In this document: positions 26,871 to 39,100 of the stretch, piece after piece
How the letters are laid out: every line of letters begins with the position of its first letter
Position numbering within the stretch: position 1 is the first letter of the stretch
Assembly (NCBI GenBank): GCA_043228905.1
Contig: JBHGNT010000006.1
Coordinates: forward strand, 19,468,001 to 19,532,000
DNA from: Azolla caroliniana
Taxonomy: Eukaryota > Plantae > Polypodiophyta
Reading direction: 5' to 3'
DNA: 64,000 nucleotides
Program-made: the position numbers and the translations under genes
The notes under the pieces: generated by a model
Databases searched by the model: none
What the model was told of the DNA's origin: nothing
The model's input: the letters and a program-made list of their open reading frames with translations, nothing else

Positions 26871-29800
26871 ATGAAAGAGGCGGTAGGGAGGATCTCAAGT
26901 ACAACGATGGCTTCGACAGGCGGAACTCAAGGAGAGGAATTAACGAAAGGTATGGTGTCCATAGTGGAATACATGCTGAAGGTAAGAGATCGAGAAGCTT
27001 TAATCAACAAAGTTGTTGATCGTATGGTCGAGATAGCTGGACGATTTGGTGGCAAGAACATCACAAATTTCCTTGCTACCTATCGGAACGAGATGCAGCA
27101 GAGGGATGTCAACGATCTCAAACAAATTTCTAGCTTCAAACGTGTGGTGGAACCAGGGATCCGCGAGCGTGTCATCGAGATCCAAAATGAGCACACAACT
27201 TGGGTGGAGTTTGAAAAGGCGCTTCTCGCTGAATACATGCTTGAAGACGTGTCACGGATGACTCGACATACGCTAATGATGTGGATCGAGAAGAAAGGGA
27301 AGAATATGTGTGCGTCTAGAGTATATGCCGAGTTTGACCAGAAGTTCAACCGACTTCCGAGTGTTGATCAACGAGTTCTTGATGGAGATAAAGTCCTACT
27401 ATTCCTAAAGGCAGTGGATGCGAAAGATCGACATGAATTGGGCAACCTTTTGGAGGACAAAACACAACCAAATGGTTTGGTAACGAACTGGGCGGTGGTG
27501 AAGAAGGCTTGTAGCCATCTTGATAAGCATCGACAATGGCAAGAACAAACTGATATGGAGAATCCACAATCGTGGAGGAGGAAGGCGTCTATGACAATCG
27601 AGCCTAGAAGGCCGATCGAAAATTTCGACAAGAAAGCGTTGGAAGAATCCATAATCGAAGAGCTCTCTAAGACGTTTGAAGCGGTACCGTTGGCCAACTT
27701 AGGTCAATGCGAGCCCAAGGCAAAAGAAGCGTATAGATGTGTGTGGTGCGACAACTTCGAGCACTCGCAAAGGGAGTGCACTGACTTGCAAGACGCAATT
27801 CGCAAGAACGTTGTCTATTTGGACGGCAACATGATTCATTCGAGCAAGACCCGGAAGCCACTATGAGTGAACTTCGGAAGAGGCGGGCTGAAAAAGATCG
27901 TGGAAGAGGAAGATGCAAGGCATGTAGAAGCCATGCACTATGCCGCATCGGCTGGGATACAAGTTGGAAGACAGAATGTGCGACGAGTTACCGGATTGTC
28001 GGATCCAGTCGACGATAACACGAGCTTTGCGGAGGTTATGTGTGACAACTATGAAGCTCTTGTCGAAGAGAAGAGGAAAAGAACCGGTGAAGAAGATGGC
28101 ACATCAAAGCATCACAATACAAGGAATGCAGGGAAAGAAGGACAAGCCCAACCTACGCCATGAAAAGAGATAGGAGAAACAAGCATGAAGCCCGGTGGAT
28201 CAAGCCAACCTTCTCGGATAGAAGTAAGTCGATGAATCTGTGAAGAAAGAAAAAGAACGAGCGGTGCCAACTTACAAGCTAAGGTCGGACATAGAAAAAA
28301 CAACCGACTTGCGGAAGGTCCTTGAGGAGAGGGTTTTAGACAGTCATGTCGACCTTACTTTGAGAGAGCTACTTGGGATCGCTAAGAAGGAGTTCCATGA
28401 TACTATCATGGACTTGATTAAGCGGAAGAGGCAACAAGCGGATGAAGAGGAGGTGAAAACAAGTGCCATAACTATGGCAAGATCGGAAGAGGAGAAAGAA
28501 GAAGAAGTGATGGCGGACAACCATTACTCTCGGCCTCATTGGGCAAGAGCGACAACGGAGACGCCAATGAAGATCGGGGAGAAGAAAGAGACCGTGGTAG
28601 CTTTGATTGACCATGGTTCGGAGATTAACCTCATGTCGACTGAAGTCTACAAAAAGGGAATATGGCCGATTAATACAAACCACAGATGGAAGATTCGAGC
28701 GGCAACAAAGGCCACGCAGGACTTGTACGGAGCTTGTCCCAATGTTAAAGTCACGATTGGGGATGTGGAGATGGATCAACACATCTTCGTGCAAGAATCG
28801 GCTTCGCATCCTGTCATCCTGGGTCAACTATATATCACATCATCCCGGATGGAGACCAAGGTGTTCGATAATGGAGCAACCTTCGCGCGAATCAAGAGTC
28901 TTGATAATCAAAGATCTATTCAATTCCTAACGGTGCGAGCTAATCATGAAAGAAATCGAGATAGTCTTGGAGGCGAATCCCCGGATTTTTAGAGTGGACT
29001 ATTGAAGCATGGGGCACAAATAGTTCGAGCGATTGCAAGTCCCCACAAGGGAGTAGAGCGCGTGGATTGTGAGGAGAAGCAACATGTGTCACACCTAGTG
29101 GCACATGTAAACTAGTACTACCCGACAAGAAGGACAAGCTTCAGATACAAGACTTCGAGAAGATGCTAAAAGAAGAAAACATAATAGAAAAAGAAGAGTT
29201 CGTGACTCATATTATGGAAGAAACCTCATTTAACGATACCATCGACGAAATCGAGGATGTTGTGGACTTGAGCTATCTACACGATCGTCGTGTGATTTCA
29301 GTTAGCTCCATCAACATGTATGCTATCATCGATGAATATCATCAAAACATCTTGATGAAAAAAGTTGACATCAACACAAAATATAAAACGGTGGATAGGA
29401 AGATCAAGCCAATTGTGGTTCTGCTACCGGAAGATAGTTGGCAAAAGATGAAGGAAGTCACTAACAATCCAAGCTTAAGCGATCCAAAGACAATAGGTCA
29501 TGTCTTCACCAAAGAGACGAAGGGGAAGTTACGAGTTGGAAGGGAGGATTTCCTCCTCCCTGAAGAGGAGAGAATGTTTCGCAGCATGCTTGAGAGACAT
29601 GGGAAGGCTTTCTCATTTTTCCCACAAGAAATCGGATGTGTTGATCCAAGGACAATAGAGCCGATGGTAATCTTCATGGTGCCTCACGTGCCTTGGAATT
29701 TGAAACCAATACCGGTTCCGAGAGCACACCTACTGAAGCTGATCGAGCTCTTAAAGGAGAAGGTGGATATGGGAATTTTGGAACTGTCGAATGCTCCCTA

Positions 29801-30618
29801 TTCTAATAGGTGGTTCACGGTGCCGAAGAAGAATGGATCATTGTGATTCATCCAAGATCTTCAACCCATCAACAAGGTGACAATTCGAAATGCTGGAATT
29901 GGTCCGAGCATGGACGAATTAGCAGAGGCATTTGCGGGCCGGTCCATCTACTCCATTGGCGATCTCTACTCCGGATATGACCAATTCCAGTTGGCAATCG
30001 ATAGTCGTGATAGTACGACCATGAGGACTCCGATCGGGCTTGTGCGGATGTGTACCTTACCTCAAGGTGCAACGAACTCGGTGGCTCATATGGTGAATGC
30101 CATGAACAAGGTCTTGAAGGATTGCATCACAGACATGACAATGCCATTCTTGGATGACATTTTGATAAAAGGATGTTTGGATGAGAAGAAACATGAATTA
30201 AAAGATAAGGAAGGGTGTAGGAAGTTCTTCGCAGATCATATGAAAGATTGTGAGAAGGTGCTTCAAAGGCTCGAATATGCGAATTTGACATTTTCGGGAG
30301 AAAAATCCGCATTCGGGCAACCGGACAACTTGGTGGTAGGTCACTTGTGTGGAGCATACGGCCGGAAGCCTTCGCCATCCAAGGTGAACACAATCCAGGA
30401 CATGAAAGAAGAATGCGTAAACCAAACGGAGGTTCGAAGGTTCCTTGGAGCATGCACGTTTTATCATATCTGGATTCCGCACTACACTCATGTCGTCGAG
30501 CCATTATATGGACTACTAAAGAAAAGAATGAAGTTCGAATGGCGAAGCAAGCATACAAACGTGATGCGAAGATTGAAGAAACTACTTCTTGAAGCTCCAG
30601 CACTAAGGAAGGCCGACT
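26871..30618 (+). pseudogene. gag-pol: gag-PR-RT region of the Phygy-like gypsy, with stops and frameshifts
   Basis: CVWCDNFEHSQREC knuckle; DLYSGYDQ and LPQGATNS RT motifs; ORF split at 27866, about 28163, 28992 and 29846. Confidence 0.85.
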
Positions 30619-33600
30619 TGCTGAGAATCAAGCTCAACTTGGTCTAGTGTGTGAACTCACCTTGAGAGTGAAGAGACACTCCAACGGTCAAGAGTCACCA
30701 TTATGTAGCCACTTTGTATTCTAGCATTTAGTATGAGTCATAGAATCATATTCTATGACACATAACTTATGAGCTTTCACATTCCCCATGCTCCATGAGT
30801 CTTGTAGTTAATGAAGAGAGAGGGAGACTACATAAAGCACCCTCCTCCCACCTTGTATAATGTTGTGTCTTTCTCCTTTGTCAATATACTTTTACCTTGC
30901 GTATTCCTTGTCTCTCTCTCACTCTCTCTCTTTCTCTCATACACACACATAACTCATATCTCTTCCGCTTCACAAGAATCCATCTCTTGATTCTTTACAT
31001 GGTATCAGAGCAATTTGGTAGCTCAATCTAGCCCATTCACCTCATTGTGATTGTGTGTTGTGCTCCACGTCGACGACCAAGAACCGGCTCATCACTATCG
31101 TAGCTTCGCTACATAGCACGCATTCGAAGAGAGAAGAAGATGAAGAAGAATCAACACAATTAATACTAAAATGGGGAGCGCTCTCCCTACCGAGAAGTTG
31201 GATCGAAACAACTTCGCATCTTGGGAGTACAAGATGCACCAATACCTTGTCAGACAAGGCTATTGGAGCTACATCAAAGGAGCGCATGAAGATTCCGACG
31301 TTCCTTATGCGCAACGCTCGGCCATGTGATGTACACAACATGGGAGCAACCGCAAGCCGCGTGATGTATTGTTTGGCGACATGTGTTCACGACCACATGC
31401 TCGGTTACATTCGAGAAGCCAAGACACCGAAGGAAGCGTGGGAAAATCTACGAAAGATTTTTGCCGCCAACACGACCGCGAGGAAGCTTCAACTCCACGA
31501 AGACATGAACAACATTCAACAAAGGGACATGTCCATCAAGACATACACCTTGAAGATCAAGGAGCTTTGCGACTCGCTCGGCTCAATAAGTGTAAGTATA
31601 GATGATAATGAGATGGTGCAAATATGCCTCGTCGGCCTCGCACCACGGTTCAGCGCGATGCGAACCGCTGTTCTAGCACGGGAGAAATCTCCCTCCTTCT
31701 TCGAGCTCCAATCAATGCTATTGGTCGAAGAAAACCACGTGTGTACAAGGAGCAATGAGTCGGAAGGCCACATGCTCTACACGTACTCTAATGGAGGAAG
31801 AGGACCAGACGAGCGAGAGGCCGATTCGGCCAAGGACAAGGCGGACGAGGTCCGACCTACGACAACAACTCCCAATTTCGGCCGCAAAACGGAGGCCAAC
31901 GAGGAACCTTCGCAAGAAGGGGGAGCTTCCACTTCGGCCCGAGCCGTCAAAACGCAACCGAATGCGGATATTGCCGAAAGCTCGGCCACCACGAAGAAGA
32001 GTGCCGAAAGAAGATGCGTGAATCGGCTTCCCCCAGCCGACAACTCACGAATTACGCACACAACTCCGACTACGAAGATCGTGGCGAAATGTATGTGCAC
32101 AACTCCGACCGTGGCGAAATGTACGGGCACAACTCCGACTACAAAGATCGTGGCGGAATGTATGCACACAACTCCGACCGTGGCGGAATGTTCATGATGA
32201 AACATAGAGCAAACTCTATGTCGGCCGCCACCTCAACTAGTGCCTCCGGTCCGGAAGACGTATGGTTCGTCGATTCCGGTGCCTCGAACCATATGACATC
32301 GCATCAAGAATGGTTCCGAGAACTTTGAGAGCCGGACCGACCCGGCTATGTCGAAACCGGAGACGACACTACGCACCCGATTCGGCACATTGGCAATGTT
32401 CCGTTCGGAAAAGAAGGTAAGCAAAATTACATTAAAAATGTCTTGCATGTACCTACCATTACGAAGAATTTGGTCTCCGTCGGCCAAATTGTAGAGCAAG
32501 GGATGCAAGTTCGATTTAATCAAGGCGGTTGCTTCACCGAAAAAGAGGGCCGACTCATCGCACGCGGACAAAGAGAGGGCCGGATGTTCATTCTCGATTC
32601 ACGCGAGATGAAATCTGCCATGTTCGCGAAAAACATGAAAGCCGACTCCGACATAGAGCTATGGCACAAACGAATCGGCTACATCAATCTCCACAAACTC
32701 AAAGCAATGAAATCCAAAGGAGTCGTCATCGGACTCCCGACATTCAAAGAGAAGGAGATTGAAGGTGTATGCAAAGTGTGCCAATTCGGCAAGCAACACC
32801 GACATCCATTCCCGAAAGAGCGGAACGTGAGCAAAGGTCTACTTGATGTAGTCCATTCCGACGTATGGGGACCGGTGCAGACGGCTACATTCGGCAGATG
32901 TCGATATTATGTGCTCTTCATCGACGACTTCTCTAGGCACACTTGGATCTACCCGATGCGGCAAAAGAGCGAAGTGTTCGGACACTTCCAAAATTTCAAG
33001 AATGAAGTCGAGAAAGCCACATGCCGACATGTACGATGCCTTCGATCGGATGGCGGCAAGGACTACTTCTCGGACGATTTCACAGCGTACCTCCGAAAGG
33101 AAGGAATTCGGCGAGAATTCACTTGCAGACACACTCCGCAACAAAACGGAGTAGCCGAGCGCAAAAATCGGCACATCCTCGAAGTAGCGCGGGCCATGAT
33201 GAACGAGAAGCATATGCCCAAGTCATATTGGGCTGAAGCTGCAAATACGACCGTCTACCTAATGAACCGGTGCACAACATCCAGTGTGCACGAGGTCACT
33301 CCGCACGAAAAATACTTCGGAAGGAAGCCGTATTTATCGCACATCCGGATATTCGGCGCGATAGCGTACGTGCACATCCCCGACGAGAAGTGTCAAAAGC
33401 TTGACCCGAAGTCGGAGAAATGTATCCTCGTAGGATACTCATTGGAGCAAAAGGGGTACAAGTGCTACAACCCCTCAACTCGAAAGTCTCGAGTAAGTCG
33501 AGACGTCATTTTTGACGAGTCTGCATCCTGGTACGCACCAGAGACAACCTCGCCTCCGACTCCGCTCAACCCAGAATCTGCCGAACAAGAGATCGAGGAT

Positions 33601-35608
33601 GAAGATCGCCCTACACACATGATCGAAGAAAGTCCGATCACGACCCGACTGAGCGGACCACAAGAGCCTTTGAGCGATCAAAGCACATCACGGCCTAGCC
33701 CGAAGATGCACAAAGGCAAGGCGAAAATGGCGGAATATGAAGACGATCGCTTCGACGACGATGAATCGACTCACTCACTCGACAATGAGTTCGGCGGTTT
33801 CGAGGTACCAATCGGAGCCAAGAAAGCCCTCATCTCTTCAAATGAAAAGCTTTGCCGATCCACTCGTGAAAAGAACCCCATAAGCCGATTCGGCTACAAC
33901 GATTATATGGCGTACCATTAAGCCTTTATGATGAAGGTAGCGACAGTACGGGAGCCGAAAACCTTTTCGGAAGCCGCAAAGGACCCGTGAAGGATCGAAG
34001 CAATGAACGAGGAGATGTAGGCACTACGGAAGAACGAGACGTGGGATCTCGTTCCCACCTCACCACACAAAAAGGAGATTTGATGCAGATGGATCTACAA
34101 GGTGAAGTATAACACCGATGGCTCCGTAAACCGCTACAAAGCTCGACTCGTAGCGAAAGGATACATTCAGACGCATGGCGTCGACTACGAAGAGACCTTT
34201 GCCCCAGTGGCAAAGATGATGACGGTACGGACCGTAATTATGATTGCCGCGGCGAAAGGGTGGCACCTCCATCAAATGGACGTCACGAATGCCTTTCTAC
34301 AAGGAGAATTAGAAGAGGAGGTGTACATGATCCAACCACCCGGCTTCAGCTCGAGCACACGTCCGAAAGCGGTTTGCCGACTCAAGAAGCCACTCTACGG
34401 CCTCAAGCAAGCACTGTGTGCTTGGCATTCGAAGATAACGCAATATCTTCATCAAATCGGCTTCTGTATGTCAAAATCGGACAACTCCCTCTACATATGA
34501 AGCGATTCCGCAAGTCTGATTGTCATCATCTTATATGTGGATGACCTAGTCATTGGAGGTGAGCATCTTGTCGAAATCACTAAGGTCAAATCCCTCCTTT
34601 CCGACAAGTTCGAGATGACGGACATGAAGGAGCTCCACTATTTCCTCGGCATCGTGGTAATTCAAACTCCGGCGGGAATCATGATCTCTCAATGGCACTA
34701 CATCCCCAACTTGTTATACAAGTTCGGGATGGCTAAGTGCAAATCTACGGCAACCCCGCTCGATCGCAATCTCAAACTAGATGCGAACTCCGGCACCAAA
34801 GCGTGTGAGCCGATTCAGTATCGGCAACTCATTGGGAGTCTCATCTACCTCACGATCACACGGCCCGATCTCAGTTATCCGGTCGGTCTCCTTATCCAAG
34901 TCATGCAAACATCGCGTGATACTCACTTGGATTGCGCTAAGCGAGTTCTACGCTACGTGAGCGGCACAATGGATTGCGGCATCCTCTACAAGACTGCGAT
35001 GCCAATACAACTCGAGGGGTACACAGACGACACGACCCGATCTCAGTTATCCGGTCGGTCTCCTTAGCCAAGTCATGCAAACATCGCGTGATACTCACTT
35101 GGATTGCGCTAAGCGAGTTCTACGCTACGTGAGCGGCACAATGGATTGCGGCATCCTCTACAAGACTGCGATGCCAATACAACTCGAGGGGTACACAGAC
35201 GCCGATTGGGCCGGCTACAAAGCTGATAGAAGATCAACCTCCGGATTTGTTTTCTCCCTCGGCAGCGGAGCAATATCCTGGAGTAGCAAGAAGCAGCCTA
35301 TCGTCGCTCTTTCGAGTACGGAGGCGGAATACAGGGGTGCAGCCGTAGCTACGTGTGAAGCCGTATGGCTCAAGAGTATTTTGAAGGATCTAGGTGTACC
35401 CATCAAAGATCCGACTTCCCTTTACTCCGACAACATGAGCAGTATCTATCTGGCTCGGAACGCGGTGTTCCACGCGCGGACAAAGCACATCGAAGTGCAC
35501 TATCACTTCATCCGAGAGCGCGTTCTGGTTGGCAATGTCGACCTACAACACATTAGCACCAATCTTCGAACAGCCGACATCTTCACCAAGCCTTAGGAGC
35601 CGACAAGC
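30619..35608 (+). mobile_element. Decayed Ty1/copia element ('copia A'): 5' LTR and internal region
   Basis: LTR 30619-30999 (TGCTGAGAATCAAG..CTTGATTCTTTACA); Met-i PBS 31000-31011; gag 31055+, WFVDSGAS, INT 32443-33921, RT/RH 34102-35596; TSD CGACT/CAACT with the 3' LTR end at 63585. Confidence 0.9.
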
Positions 35609-36197
35609 CGGGACACGTCCAAAAGAACTGTCGGCATTTCCGTAAAGACAAGGAAACCGACGGTACCAATTCGAAGCAAACCTGTTACCCGGACCCGGAC
35701 AGTCAGTTTTACCGAACAAGTGGGAAAGCGTCGAAAACGGAGTCGGTTCAGATCGACTGTTCAGACCGATGATTCAGCAGTGAACGAAGAGAACTAAGTT
35801 AGTTAGATAATTTTGTAATTCTTGATAGTAAGTAGGAATAGTTCTTGATGAGAAAAGACCTTCGGTATACCTATAAAAGGGAACCGAAGGCATTGTAAGA
35901 AAGGTCGTTTATTTAGTAATATAAGTTTAAGTTAGGAATATCATGTACGGATTCTGTGTTCTTTCTATTGTCTATTTTGTTAAGTGCAATCTTCCTAATC
36001 TATAACTAAGTAATGATCACGGTAATTACCGATTAATATAGTATATTTCTGTTCGTAAAACACAATTCCTTGTTAGAACGTTGAGTAGCGACGTTCACTC
36101 TTCTGTATCGGTAGTAGTTAGTAATTAGCCGATTAACACAGAAGAAATTTGGCACGCCCGGTTACATCTGCAATTAAGCAGAGAACAAATCGAATGG

Positions 36198-39100
36198 ATG
36201 TCGTCTGAAGAGGAGACACCGGTCAGTTGTAAGCGCCCTCGTACAAGGTCAGTTACGAAGGCAGTACAGGAAGCGTTCATTGCGCAAGAACAGCCGGAAT
36301 CAAGCACACAGTGGTCGAAACTTCCTGACTTATCCGATCAATTACCTTCAGATGAAAAACAGACGGAAGAGGTATCGTTTTACGACATTTGGGACGATAT
36401 GTCTTATACTTATTCTAAGTTCCGAGAAGGAACAGATGCCGAAGCACATGTTAGGGATTTCTTAACGACATGGGAGATTAACCATGGAGCTCAGCGATTG
36501 TCGGCAGATGCTGAAGATAAGTCAAAAATCGCTGAGTTCGTCTTATCATTAGACGGATATTCCGCCAATTGGTTTGCGCAGAACGGTCTTCAAGGATTTC
36601 CATCCTTTGAAGTGTTAACTAGTAAATTTTTACAATTATTTCATCGACAAATTCCGCAGAAGGATTTGATTGCGCAATTTTATGCGTTATATCAAGAAAA
36701 AAATGAAACAGTATCTCAGTTTGTGATACGATTTCAAAACTTACAGCTTCAGATTTCAAGGCCGATTCCGGATAATGAATTAAAAGAAGTCTTTCTAGAA
36801 GCTGTAAAAGAACCATTAAGGACGACATTGAAAGTGTTCGATTTTCGAAATCAGACTGTCGAACAAGTAATTGATAAAGCAATAGAAATGGGTCGACCAT
36901 CGGTCAATGTTCAGAGTATGGACATGTCGGTATTACAACGTACATTACCAACAATGGAGGAGTTACAATTTCGTCAAGCAGTTCAATGCACCACTTGTTT
37001 AAATACGGGGCATTCGGCAATTGAATGTACGTTAAGAACACATTGTACAATATGTCATTCAAAATTACATTCAGTAGAACAATGTGAATATAATCTGCTT
37101 AATAAAACTACGGCGTCAGTACGACAAATTTTTACTGACAATGGTTACCAAAATAACACTAATCTGTTCAATGGTTATCAAAATAATAATTTTTCACAAA
37201 ATCAGCAAAATGTACAACAAAATCCAACTTTTCAACAAAATCCGGTTCTACAGCCAAATCAGATCTTTTCACAACAAAATAGCCAACCCACTCAAGTGAC
37301 TCAAGCATTTCAACCAGGTTTTGCTCAATCCAACCCACCATTCGTACAGAATCCGAATCAATATTTTCAACAAAATAATCAAAGTTTCCAACAAGGTAAC
37401 CCACCATTTCAAGGGTTTCAACAGAACTGTCCGAATGTGCAACCGAATTCTGCATTTCAACCGAATCCGGCATTTCAACCGGGTAATATGACCTTTCAAC
37501 ATAATACTCAAACCTTTCCACAAAATAATCAAATGTTTCAACAGAATAATTTTCCGCCAAATCAGGAGTTCGGGATAACACAAAATGTAGCACAACCAAA
37601 TGATAATACCGAACAATTTAGGCAGAATCGGTATAAAAATAAGAAATTTTACAAACCAAAAGCTACACGTCAATTCCAACAAAACCCGAGTGGTAATGAA
37701 GAGCAGCAATTTAATAACGGCCAATTTGCACATGGAGAGACCGGTGGAACATTTGTACCCACTTGTTATATTTGTCGACAACTAGGCCATTATGCTAATC
37801 AATGTCCGGCTAAAGGAAAGGGTCCAACAGTTAATATGGTAATACCGGAAGTTCAGCAAGTAACGACACGCAACAAAAGCAAACATTCAGAATGGGAAAT
37901 TCAGGAAGCAGTTCGGAAGGCGGCAAAAGAATGGGTTGACGAAGCAAATCAAAGTAATGTGAATCGAATGTTACAAGACAATAACATTGACCAGAACATC
38001 ACTGTACAACAGTTATTGGGGGATAAGGAACAGGAAGAAACTTGGAAACTGTTCGCTGATTGCCAAGTGTCATTGCCACTTACGGGCTTACTTAAGTTAG
38101 TACCAAGGTTTACAGAAAAAGTGGCAGCATTAATTGCATATAAAGGTTCCGAACAAATAGCAGTACACTACAATCAGCCAAGTAATAACCCTTCGATCAT
38201 GGATGAACAGAATCCGTCGATTAAGGTAATACTTTACGGGCAAGAAATCGGAAATGTGATTATAGATGGAGGCTCGGGAGTTAATGTGATTAACAAAGCT
38301 ACATGTGAAAAACTAGGAATCACGGAATGGGAAGCATGTCCGTTTTGGTTACGAATGGCAGATACAAGTACGGTACGACCGATTGGTTTGCTTCGACAAC
38401 TGGATGTAATAATCGGGGGACACAGTTTTCAGATTTCGGTAGTAATTTTGCAGTTAGAAGCACAGGGAGCATACCCCTTGTTATTGGGGAGACCATGGTT
38501 AAAAACAGCTAATATCAAACAAAATTGGAAACAAAATGTGCTAACATTTAGGAAAGGAAAAACTAAGGTCAGGATTCCGACGCACAACAAAGTGACAACA
38601 AGCAAACAGAGTTTACCTGTACATGCAGAAGCAGTTAATATGATGGAAGGATTGGACGAGGAAGAAGAAAGTCAGTATTTTAATGATAATCAAAAAATCA
38701 TCCCTCTATTTGAGGTAGATATTTTGCAAGCATTAACACCATATGTAGACTCACACGAAGAAGTGCCAATAGATGAGCAAACAATGAAAGAAATACGAAT
38801 GCAACAAGAAGCTAGAGATAAGGAAATGAAGGTATCTCAGAGAGTGCAAGCCTCAGCATTAGAGGAGATCGATTTGGCAGGAGTAGAGGATGGTGAAAGA
38901 AAAACAGTCTTGATTGCTAGAGATTTGGCGGAAAATGACAAACGGACATTAACAACATTACTATTACAATATAAAGATGTTTTTGCATGGTCGTTTGACG
39001 ATATGAAAGGTCTGGATCCCGCTTTTTGTCAACATCAAATCAATTTGCATAAAGATGCAAAGCCAGTACAACAACGCAGGTACAGGTTGAATCCGAATTA

